DNA of 64,000 bases, taken from Steroidobacteraceae bacterium. GTDB taxonomy: Bacteria; Pseudomonadota; Gammaproteobacteria; Steroidobacterales; Steroidobacteraceae. This document shows positions 1 to 7,866 of the stretch, piece after piece. How positions within the stretch are numbered: the stretch's first letter is position 1; each line of letters starts with the position of its first letter. Below the pieces are notes generated by a model that did no database searches, was not told the DNA's origin, and saw only the letters and a list, made by a program, of their open reading frames with translations. The stretch is taken from positions 131-64,130 of the forward strand of contig JBOIAD010000113.1 of assembly GCA_050738795.1 (NCBI GenBank). Reading direction: 5' to 3'. The translations under genes were made by a program, and so were the position numbers.

Positions 1-7
1 GGCGGCA

Positions 8-88
8 CAGCGGACAAAAGTCACGCCTTTTGTCCGCGGGCTGAAAGCGCCGCAGGCGACTTTCGGCAATCGGAGCAGCGGACAGAGG
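8..88. repeat. Intergenic double-hairpin repeat (H1+H2 module): one ~68-bp unit plus the start of a second
   Basis: H1 is GCGGACAAAAG-TCACGC-CTTTTGTCCGC (10-37, 11-bp perfect stem). H2 is GAAAGCGCC-GCA-GGCGACTTTC (43-64). CAGCGGACA at 8 recurs at 76. Homologous modules lie at 7776-7858 and 27376-27550. Confidence 0.75.
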
Positions 89-99
89 AGGGCGAGGGC

Positions 100-1467
100 A
101 TGACAATTCCACACATTCTGGTCGTCGACGACGAAGCGGACATCCGTGGCCTTCTGAAGGAGATCCTGTCAGAGGAGGGCTACGAGGTGGACGTCGCCGC
201 CAACGCCGTGCAGGCCAGGGCCTCGCGCGCGCGCCAGACGCCGGATCTCGTCCTGCTCGACATCTGGATGCCGGACGTGGACGGCATCAGCCTTTTGCGC
301 GAGTGGTCCGCGTCCACCACCGATGGCTGCCCCGTCGTCATGATGTCAGGCCACGGCACCGTCGAGACCGCGGTCGAAGCCACGCGGCTCGGTGCTTTCG
401 ACTTCGTCGAGAAGCCGCTGTCGCTTGCAAAGCTTCTGCGCACGGTCGAGCGGGCGCTGGATGCCGGCAAGCGCCGCCGGCAGTCGGGCAAGCTTCTCGT
501 GCCCGCGCTGATGGTGCCTGTGGGCAAGAGCAGGCAGATGCAGCAGCTGCGGACCGAGCTGCAGCAGATCGCCATCAACCCCTCGTCGGTATTGCTGATT
601 GGCGAGCCCGGTTCCGGGAGGGAGGCTTTCGCGCGCTATCTTCATGAGCGTGGCCCGCGAGCGGGACGCCCCTTCGTGACGCTCATCGCGAGCAGCCTGC
701 GCGATGCCGATGCGGAGAGCCGCCTGTTTGGCCGCGAGGAAACCGGCGGCAGCCGCCAGATCGGCCTTCTGGAAGAGGCGGCCGAGGGTACGCTGTTCAT
801 TCACGAGATCGAGGATCTGCCGCCATCGGCACAGCGGCTGCTCGTCGGCGTACTCGAGTCTGGCCAGTTCATGCGCATGGGTGGCACCGATTCCATCCAT
901 CTGAGCGCCCGAGTGCTGTCATCCGCGCAACCTGGCGTCGAGAACCGGGCGGGCTCCGAGGGCTTTCGCCGGGATCTGCTCGCTCATCTGAACATGCTGA
1001 TCGTGCGGGTGCCGCCATTGCGTGACTATGCGGAGGATGTGCCCGAGCTGCTGCGACACTACGTCGATCGTGTGGTGGACGCGGAAGGCCTGCAGTTCCG
1101 GCGCTTCAGCGTGGCCGCGCAGAACCGTCTGCGCAACTACCCCTGGCCGGACAACGTCCGCGAGCTGAAGAACCTCGTGCATCGCCTGCTGATTCAGGGC
1201 GGCGCCGAGGAGATCCGTCTCGAGGAGATCGAGCGTGAGCTGGCCGTGCAGGCGCCCCCGGGGGAACCGCTGGTCAAGCAGGATCTGCTCGCGCTGCCCC
1301 TGCGGGAGGCCCGCGAGCAGTTCGAGCGGGCGTACCTGCAGCAGCAGCTCATGCTGTGCAACGGCAAGGTGGGGCAACTGGCCAAGCGCGTCGGCATGGA
1401 GCGCACCCACCTGTACCGCAAGCTTCGCTCCCTCGGAGTGGATTTCAGAAACATCAGCGAGGACTGA
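100..1467 (+). CDS. NtrC/NtrX-family response regulator (REC + AAA+ sigma54-interaction-like domain + Fis-type HTH) with degenerate AAA+ motifs
   Basis: ATG at 100. Receiver domain: ILVVDDEADIR...LLDIWMPDVDG. Central block: LLIGEPGSGRE...ESRLFGREETGGSRQ...TLFIHEIEDLP...WPDNVRELKN. C-terminal HTH: GKVGQLAKRVGMERTHLYRKL. Strong GC3 bias in this frame. Confidence 0.9.
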   Translation: MTIPHILVVDDEADIRGLLKEILSEEGYEVDVAANAVQARASRARQTPDLVLLDIWMPDVDGISLLREWSASTTDGCPVVMMSGHGTVETAVEATRLGAFDFVEKPLSLAKLLRTVERALDAGKRRRQSGKLLVPALMVPVGKSRQMQQLRTELQQIAINPSSVLLIGEPGSGREAFARYLHERGPRAGRPFVTLIASSLRDADAESRLFGREETGGSRQIGLLEEAAEGTLFIHEIEDLPPSAQRLLVGVLESGQFMRMGGTDSIHLSARVLSSAQPGVENRAGSEGFRRDLLAHLNMLIVRVPPLRDYAEDVPELLRHYVDRVVDAEGLQFRRFSVAAQNRLRNYPWPDNVRELKNLVHRLLIQGGAEEIRLEEIERELAVQAPPGEPLVKQDLLALPLREAREQFERAYLQQQLMLCNGKVGQLAKRVGMERTHLYRKLRSLGVDFRNISED

Positions 1468-1587
1468 ACGGCACAGCCGTGCGCACGGGCTGAGATATTT
1501 CACTCCCCCGGGGCAGTACTGACAAGAAGCGTAACCCGAACTCGGGCCTCCCGGCGTGGCCGCCGGCGGCTTTCGACAGAATGAGGA

Positions 1588-4236
1588 GTGCCGCTCAACT
1601 TGCAGTCGCACGGTTTACGCGTGCTGATCGTCGAGGATGTCCGCGCCGAGTCCGACCTCGCGATCCATCAGCTTGCCCGCGGCGGCATCCAGTGTACTCA
1701 CCTCAGGATCGATTCCGAGCGGACGTTCCGCGCGGCCCTCATCAGCTTTCGCCCACACATCATTCTGTCGGATTTCAGCTTGCCGGACTTCGACGGCATG
1801 GCCGCCTTGAAGATCGCCGTCGATGAGGCGCCAGATGTGCCGTTCATATTCCTGTCCGGCACGATCGGCGAGGAGCGCGCCATCGAAGCCCTGCGGCGCG
1901 GCGCGGTGGACTATGTGCTCAAGACCAACCCTGCGCGGCTCGTACCGGCGGTGCGCCGGGCCCTTCGTGAAGTGAGTGAGCGCGCCCGGCGGCGCATTGC
2001 CGAGCAACAGATCCGTCAGAGCGAGGAGCGTCTGCGGGACATCGTCGATACCTCCCAGGACTGGATCTGGGAAATGGATTCGAGCGGGCAATTCGTGTTC
2101 AGCAGTGAGTCGGTCCGCGGAATCCTCGGCGCGGCGGTTGAGGACGTGATCGGTGCGCGCTTCGAAGACTTCCTTCACGAAGGCGATCGCGCGTCGTTTG
2201 CAGATGCCCTCGGCCGGATTGGAGCCGAGCAGCGTACCGCCACCGGCATCGTGACACGTTGGAATCACTCGGGCGGTGGATTTCGCTGGCTCGAGGGCAA
2301 CTTGCTGGCGCTCATCGGCCCGGACGGAAAGGTATCCGGCTATCGTGGCACGCATCGGGACGTGACCGAGCGCAAGCAGCAACAGGAGCGCATCCTGCGG
2401 TTGACGCGCATGCTGCAGATGCAAAGCGGCGTCAATGCGGCCGTGGTGCGAATCCGGGAGCGCGACGCGTTGCTGCGCGAGGCCTGTCGGCTTGCGCTCC
2501 AGGTAGGTGGCTATGAGAACGTACTGGTGGCGCTCGTGGAGAAAGATGGCGGCCATGCCGTATCCTGGTACCGCGTGGGCATGGAACCGGGGCCGGCGGA
2601 GCCGCGGGAATTTCCGATAGGCGACGGGAGGGAAGCGGATACCAGCCTGGTCGGTCGCGCTCTGCGGACCGGTGAGATCACGATCTGCACCGATCTGACC
2701 CAGTCCGAGCCACCCGTCGCTTGCCGGTCCGAGTTGCTGGCCAGCGGCTTCAAATCGCTCGTGGCGCTGCCGTTCAGTGTCAATGGGGCCCGCATCGGTG
2801 TGCTGTGCCTGGCGTCGCGGGAATCGGACCAGTTGAGCGACGAGGAACTGCTGCTGTTGCAGGACATGACCGCCAACCTGTCCTTCGCAATGCAGTACCG
2901 CCAGAAGGAGTCGGCGGCGCAGTATCTTGCGTACTTCGATGCTCTCACCGGCCTTGCGAAGCGTGCGCTGTTCTGCGAGCGCCTCGACGCCTTGCTGCGA
3001 AATCGCACTGGACCGGAGTCGGACCCTATAGTCGTTGCCTTCGACGTCATGCATCTGAGCAACGTCAATGACACTTTCGGCCGGCACGTCGGAGATCTGC
3101 TTCTGCAGCAGGTGGCAGACCGCGTCAAACATCACGTCGTTGACGACACGCAGATCGGCTATCTCGGCGGCGGCACGTTCGTGCTCGTGCTGCCGCAGGC
3201 GGAGCCCTCCGCCGAGAGTGTCACGGCGCTGCTGGAAAGTACGGTGTTCCGCGACGTCTTCAGGATCGAAGGCCGCGCCATCCGCACCTCCTTCAAGTCA
3301 GGCATCGCGCGCTATCCGCTCGACGGCGAGGACGGCAACACGCTCGCCCAGCGGGCGGAAGCCGCGCTGAAACAGGCAAAGGACGCCGGTGAGCCATACC
3401 TGCACTACCAGGTGCAAATGCACAGCGAGCTCACCGAAAGGCTCGCGCTCGAGCACAGTCTGCGGGGCGCGCTCGATGAGCAGCAGTTCGTTCTGCACTA
3501 CCAGCCGCTGATCAATCTTGCGACGGGCCGCATCGACGGGGCCGAAGCATTGTTGCGCTGGAATGATCCCCAAGGCGGCGGTCTGGTCCATCCGGCGCGG
3601 TTCCTGCCGGTGCTCGAGTCGTCCGGCATGATCGTCGCAGTGGGCGAGTGGGTCTTGCGGAGAGCTGCAGAAGACTGCGAGCACTGGAACCGCGTGGGGC
3701 TCGGTCCCGTGCGCATCGCAGTTAACGTGTCCGCGCAGCAGATCCGCCGGCGCAGGTTCGTGGAGAACTGCCTGGCTGCAGCAGCGATCTGCACGAGCGG
3801 CGGCTGCGGGGTGGATCTTGAAATTACCGAGACCGGGCTGTTGCACGACGTCGAAGGTGCCAGCCGCAAGCTTCGGGAGCTGCGTACGGCGGGAATGCGT
3901 GTCGCCATCGACGATTTCGGCACGGGCTATTCGTCGCTCGGATTGCTGTCGAAGCTTCCGGTGGATCTGCTCAAGATCGACCGCACGTTCATCAGCGGCC
4001 TGCCGACGGATGCGGCGAGCGTCACGCTGGTGTCGAGCATCATCGGGCTGGCGTCAGCCTTCAATGTGCAAACCGTCGCCGAGGGGGTCGAGACCGCGGC
4101 GCAACTCGAGCTTCTGCGCCGGCTGAAGTGCGATCACTCGCAGGGCTTTCTGCATTCCATGCCGGTGCAGGCTGCGGATCTCGAACAGCTGCTGGTGCGG
4201 CAACGTACGGACGCTCTCAGTCTCCAACTCGTATGA
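1588..4236 (+). CDS. Response-regulator receiver-PAS-GAF-GGDEF(degenerate)-EAL signalling protein, probably a c-di-GMP phosphodiesterase
   Basis: REC: VLIVEDV...ILSDFSLPDFDG. PAS: IVDTSQDWIWEMD. GGDEF position reads YLGGGTFVLVL. EAL motifs are intact: GAEALLRW, DLEITET, DDFGTGYSSL, KIDRTFI, VAEGVET, QGFLHS. GTG start at 1588; an alternative GTG lies at 1621. Confidence 0.9.
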   Translation: MPLNLQSHGLRVLIVEDVRAESDLAIHQLARGGIQCTHLRIDSERTFRAALISFRPHIILSDFSLPDFDGMAALKIAVDEAPDVPFIFLSGTIGEERAIEALRRGAVDYVLKTNPARLVPAVRRALREVSERARRRIAEQQIRQSEERLRDIVDTSQDWIWEMDSSGQFVFSSESVRGILGAAVEDVIGARFEDFLHEGDRASFADALGRIGAEQRTATGIVTRWNHSGGGFRWLEGNLLALIGPDGKVSGYRGTHRDVTERKQQQERILRLTRMLQMQSGVNAAVVRIRERDALLREACRLALQVGGYENVLVALVEKDGGHAVSWYRVGMEPGPAEPREFPIGDGREADTSLVGRALRTGEITICTDLTQSEPPVACRSELLASGFKSLVALPFSVNGARIGVLCLASRESDQLSDEELLLLQDMTANLSFAMQYRQKESAAQYLAYFDALTGLAKRALFCERLDALLRNRTGPESDPIVVAFDVMHLSNVNDTFGRHVGDLLLQQVADRVKHHVVDDTQIGYLGGGTFVLVLPQAEPSAESVTALLESTVFRDVFRIEGRAIRTSFKSGIARYPLDGEDGNTLAQRAEAALKQAKDAGEPYLHYQVQMHSELTERLALEHSLRGALDEQQFVLHYQPLINLATGRIDGAEALLRWNDPQGGGLVHPARFLPVLESSGMIVAVGEWVLRRAAEDCEHWNRVGLGPVRIAVNVSAQQIRRRRFVENCLAAAAICTSGGCGVDLEITETGLLHDVEGASRKLRELRTAGMRVAIDDFGTGYSSLGLLSKLPVDLLKIDRTFISGLPTDAASVTLVSSIIGLASAFNVQTVAEGVETAAQLELLRRLKCDHSQGFLHSMPVQAADLEQLLVRQRTDALSLQLV

Positions 4237-4783
4237 CCAACGCGTCGATGTCTGCAGCCTGAAGCTGCTTGCGCAACTTGTTGAGGTCTTCCAGTTTGGT
4301 GATGGGTCCAATTCGCACGCGGTGCCAGACGTCGGCATCGACCGCCACGCGCTGTACTTTTGCGTCGATGCCCTGCATTGCAAGCTGGGCGCGCACGCGG
4401 TCCGCGTCCGACTCATTGCGGTATGAGCCCGCTTGCAGGACATAGACTCCGGGGCGCTCGACGCGCGCTGCCGCCGGGAGATCGCGTTTGACCTCCTTGT
4501 CTTTTTCGGGGACCACGACTTCGAAGTTCGGCAGCATCTCGTAGAAGTCGTACTTCTCGCCCGTGGACGAGGCCGCTGCCGCCTCGGGATCAGCAGGAGC
4601 CGCGCGGTGGGGGTCCGGCAGCGGCGCCTCGTTCTTCTGGTGACTGGCGTCCCGCTTGCCATTCATGTAGTAGACGCTCACGGCGCTAGCGAGGACGATT
4701 CCGACGAGGGCCCCCGCGCCAAACTCGCGCATCCGCCCCACTTTGAGCGGGCGCCTCCTGGCCTTCTTGTAGTCTCTTGTCAT
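4217..4783 (-). CDS. SPOR-domain (peptidoglycan-binding, FtsN/DedD-like) membrane protein
   Basis: N-terminal TM helix: FGAGALVGIVLASAVSVYY. C-terminal SPOR-like block: YVLQAGSYRNESDADRVRAQLAMQGIDAKVQ...WHRVRIGP. Lies directly downstream of argS, a common gamma-proteobacterial arrangement. Confidence 0.8.
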   Translation of the reverse strand: MTRDYKKARRRPLKVGRMREFGAGALVGIVLASAVSVYYMNGKRDASHQKNEAPLPDPHRAAPADPEAAAASSTGEKYDFYEMLPNFEVVVPEKDKEVKRDLPAAARVERPGVYVLQAGSYRNESDADRVRAQLAMQGIDAKVQRVAVDADVWHRVRIGPITKLEDLNKLRKQLQAADIDALVIRVGD

Positions 4784-4820
4784 GCGCTTCGCGCGAAGCG
4801 CGCCGCAGGAAGCGTCCGGA

Positions 4821-6578
4821 TCACATGCTTTCCGGGGCGGAGACGCCGAGTAATGTGAGCCCGTTGCGGATCACCTGCTGTACCCCCAGGACCAGGGCGA
4901 GTCGCGCGTTCCGCAGCCTTGCGTCGCTCACGATGAACTGCTCGGCGTTGTAGTACGTGTGGAAGACATTCGCGAGCTCGCGCAGGTAGTGGACCACCGC
5001 ATGCGGCGCACGATTGGTGGCAGCCAGCGCGAGCACTTCCGGGTAGCGCGCCAGCGAATTGAGCACGGCCTGCTCCTGCTCTCCCGCCAGCATTTGCGCG
5101 CTCGCGAGCCCTTCGGCGCAATCCAGCTCGAAGCCGCGCGCCGCAAGCTGCTTCATGACGCTCGCCACCCGCGCGTGCGCGTACTGGATGTAATACACAG
5201 GATTCTCATTCGTGCGCGCCTTTGCGAGCTCGAGGTCGAAGTCCAGAGGCTGGTCGTGGCTGCGCATCAGATAGAAAAACCGGCAGGCATCGTTGCCGAC
5301 TTCCGCGCGCAGCTCGCGCAAGGTGACGAACTGGGCTTCGCGCTTGCCCATCGGAATCTTCTCGCCGCCGCGCAACAGGTTGACGAACTGCACGAGATTG
5401 ACTTCGAGGCAGTCGCCCGGCTCGCCCATTGCAACGAGGCCGGCGCGCACGCGCGCGACATAGCCGTGGTGATCGGCGCCAAGCACGTCGATCAGGCGCT
5501 CGAACCCCCGCTCGCGCTTTTCGAGGTGGTAGGCGATATCCGATGCAAAATAGGTTCTTGCGCCGTTCTCACGCACCACGACACGGTCTTTCTCGTCGCC
5601 GAAGTCCGTAGCGCGGAACCAGGTGGCGCCCTCCTTCCGGTACAGGCGCCCTTGTGCCTCGAGCCGTTCGAGGGCGCGGTCGATCGCGCCGCTTTCGCCC
5701 AGCGCCCGCTCGGAATACCAGCGATCGAAGCTGACACCGAACGCCTCGAGATCGGCCCGGATGTCGGCGAGCATCTGTTCCAGTGACAGCTCGAGTACGC
5801 GGCGGAATCCGTCGTCACCGATGAGATCGCGCGTCCGCCCGATCAACGCGTCGATGTACGCCTCCTTGTCCCCGGCAGGCGCATCGGCGGGCAGATCCTG
5901 GAGAACGTCCTTCGCGGCTCGCCGCAGCCGATCGCCTGTCTTCAGGCGTAAGTACTCGGCGATCGCGCGAACGTAGTCGCCGCGGTAGCCGTTCGCAGGG
6001 AACGGCAGCTGCTCACCGTTGAGCTCCAGATAGCGCAACCATGCGCTGGCGGCCAGGATATCCATCTGGCGGCCCGCATCGTTGATGTAGTACTCGCGGC
6101 TTACGCTGAACCCCACGGCATTCAGCATGTTGGACAGGGTCGCGCCATAAGCGGCTTGGCGCCCGTGGCCCACATGCAGCGGCCCGGTGGGATTCGCTGA
6201 GACGAACTCGAGCATCACCCGCTGACCGCCTCCCAGATTGCTGCGCCCGTAGCGGTCGCCGAGCTCGTGGATTCTCGCCAGCTCCTGCGAGTACGCTTGC
6301 GGGGTCAGAAAGAAATTGATGAAGCCGGCACCGGCCACTTCGCTGCGTGCAATGAGCGAGTTTGGCGGCAGCGCCGCGACGATCGCCTGCGCAAGCTCGC
6401 GGGGATTGCGCCGGGCTGCTTTGGCGAGCCGCAAAGCGGCATTCGTGGAGAAGTCGCCGTGCTGGAGGTCGCGTGTACGCTCGACGCTGATCGAGGCAGC
6501 GTCGGTTGCATCCGGGATTGAGCCACCCGCCAGCTCGCGCAGTGCGGCCTGCAGAAGTTGCTCGAGTTGCGGCTTCAA
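4821..6578 (-). CDS. argS: Arginine--tRNA ligase
   Basis: Full-length class I ArgRS similarity: HGDFSTNAAL, VSANPTGPLHVGHGR, a KMSKR-equivalent region, and a C-terminal anticodon-binding domain ending GVSAPESM. The track ORF runs to 6734. The conserved N-terminus (L)KPQLEQLLQAAL starts at an in-frame TTG at 6578, giving about 585 aa, typical for ArgRS. Confidence 0.93.
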   Translation of the reverse strand: MKPQLEQLLQAALRELAGGSIPDATDAASISVERTRDLQHGDFSTNAALRLAKAARRNPRELAQAIVAALPPNSLIARSEVAGAGFINFFLTPQAYSQELARIHELGDRYGRSNLGGGQRVMLEFVSANPTGPLHVGHGRQAAYGATLSNMLNAVGFSVSREYYINDAGRQMDILAASAWLRYLELNGEQLPFPANGYRGDYVRAIAEYLRLKTGDRLRRAAKDVLQDLPADAPAGDKEAYIDALIGRTRDLIGDDGFRRVLELSLEQMLADIRADLEAFGVSFDRWYSERALGESGAIDRALERLEAQGRLYRKEGATWFRATDFGDEKDRVVVRENGARTYFASDIAYHLEKRERGFERLIDVLGADHHGYVARVRAGLVAMGEPGDCLEVNLVQFVNLLRGGEKIPMGKREAQFVTLRELRAEVGNDACRFFYLMRSHDQPLDFDLELAKARTNENPVYYIQYAHARVASVMKQLAARGFELDCAEGLASAQMLAGEQEQAVLNSLARYPEVLALAATNRAPHAVVHYLRELANVFHTYYNAEQFIVSDARLRNARLALVLGVQQVIRNGLTLLGVSAPESM

Positions 6579-6746
6579 GGACTTGAGAGTTCCAGCGCTG
6601 GGCGGGGCGGGAAGTCTACCCCATGCGCAGCGCAGGCCCGCACGCGTTTGCCCCACTGCCGAATTCAGGCATCCTTGCGCCGCCTCAATCACGCAGTTTA
6701 AGGAGGGTCCATGCTGTTCCGCCGCCGCCGACATGCGCGTGAGGGC

Positions 6747-7736
6747 ATGCTGAAGCTCATCACCGCCTATTGGCAGTCGCAGCTCGTCTTCGTTGCCGCG
6801 AAGCTCGGAATCGCCGACGTTCTGGTGGCGGGGCCGATGACCGCCGATGTAATTGCGAGGCGCGTCGGCGCGGATGGGCCGTATCTGCAGCGCGTGCTGC
6901 GCGCGCTCGCCAGTGTAGGGGTTTTCTCGACGGACTCACAGGCGCGCTTCGGTCTCACGCCACTGGCGCAGACGCTGCGAAGCGATCATCCCGAATCGCT
7001 GCGCAACTTCGCACTCATGCTCGTCGATGACTACACCTGGCAGGCGTGGGGCGCCCTCGATCACGCGGTGGTGACCGGAGGCTCCGCCTTCGAGCATGTG
7101 CACGGCTTGCCCGCCTTTCCGTACATGCAGCAGCATCCGGAGAAGGAACGGACTTTCTCGGCGTCGATGGCCAGCATCTCGGCGATGGAGAATTCGGCGG
7201 TGGCGCGTGCGTACGCATTCGGCCGCTTGCACAGAGTCGTCGATGTTGGAGGTGCGCACGGGCACCTGCTTGCCACCATCCTGCGTACCTACCCCAATCT
7301 TCGCGGCGTGCTTTTCGACCAGCCACAAGTCGTGGAGGCCGCCGCTCAGACGGGATTCATCACGGCCCCTGATGTGCACAGTCGTTGCGAAGCCGTGGCC
7401 GGGGATTTCTTCGCATCGGTCCCCGAAGGCGCCGACGCCTATGTCATGAAGTACGTCATCCATGACTGGGACGATGACAGAAGCGTTGGCATCCTCCTCA
7501 ACTGCCGCAATGCAATGGCCGCCGACGGCCGCGTACTCGTCGTGGATCACGTCATCTCGAGCGGCAATCGCCGCGACTGGAGCAAGCTGTTGGACATCAA
7601 CATGATGGTGGTGCCCGGCGGCCGGGAGCGCACGAGGAACGAGTTTCGGGACCTGTTCGGTCGTGCGGGACTGAAGCTCAGGCGCGTCATCGCCACCTCG
7701 TCGTCACTGCATATTCTGGAAGGCGTAACGGCGTAG
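6747..7736 (+). CDS. Class I SAM-dependent O-methyltransferase (dimerisation domain + Methyltransf_2-like)
   Basis: N-terminal winged-helix dimerisation region: ITAYWQSQLVFVAAKLGIADVL. SAM motif: VVDVGGAHGHLL. Also VMKYVIHDWDD. ATG at 6747; the track ORF begins at 6711. Confidence 0.85.
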   Translation: MLKLITAYWQSQLVFVAAKLGIADVLVAGPMTADVIARRVGADGPYLQRVLRALASVGVFSTDSQARFGLTPLAQTLRSDHPESLRNFALMLVDDYTWQAWGALDHAVVTGGSAFEHVHGLPAFPYMQQHPEKERTFSASMASISAMENSAVARAYAFGRLHRVVDVGGAHGHLLATILRTYPNLRGVLFDQPQVVEAAAQTGFITAPDVHSRCEAVAGDFFASVPEGADAYVMKYVIHDWDDDRSVGILLNCRNAMAADGRVLVVDHVISSGNRRDWSKLLDINMMVVPGGRERTRNEFRDLFGRAGLKLRRVIATSSSLHILEGVTA

Positions 7737-7775
7737 CTCGTTGGTCGAGCCTCGCCGCCTGACGACCGGCTTTTC

Positions 7776-7858
7776 GCGGGCAAAAACCACGTTTTTTGCC
7801 CGCGGGTGGACCCACGCCGCGCGCTATGGTCCGCCGAAATCGCCGCAGGCGATTTCGG
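7776..7858. repeat. Double-hairpin repeat (H1+H2 module) between convergent genes
   Basis: H1 is GCGGGCAAAAA-CCACGT-TTTTTGCCCGC (7776-7803). H2 is CCGAAATCGCC-GCA-GGCGATTTCGG (7834-7858). Both have perfect 11-bp stems. Stem differences relative to the copy at 10-64 are compensated. Confidence 0.8.
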
Positions 7859-7866
7859 CCTATAAA

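Noticed and set aside
1615-3135. 506-aa minus-strand ORF opposite the REC-PAS-GAF-GGDEF-EAL gene
   Set aside because: It is entirely antisense to a gene with unmistakable domain motifs. Its translation is Arg/Ala/Gly/Pro-rich with no recognisable family. This is a typical high-GC shadow ORF.
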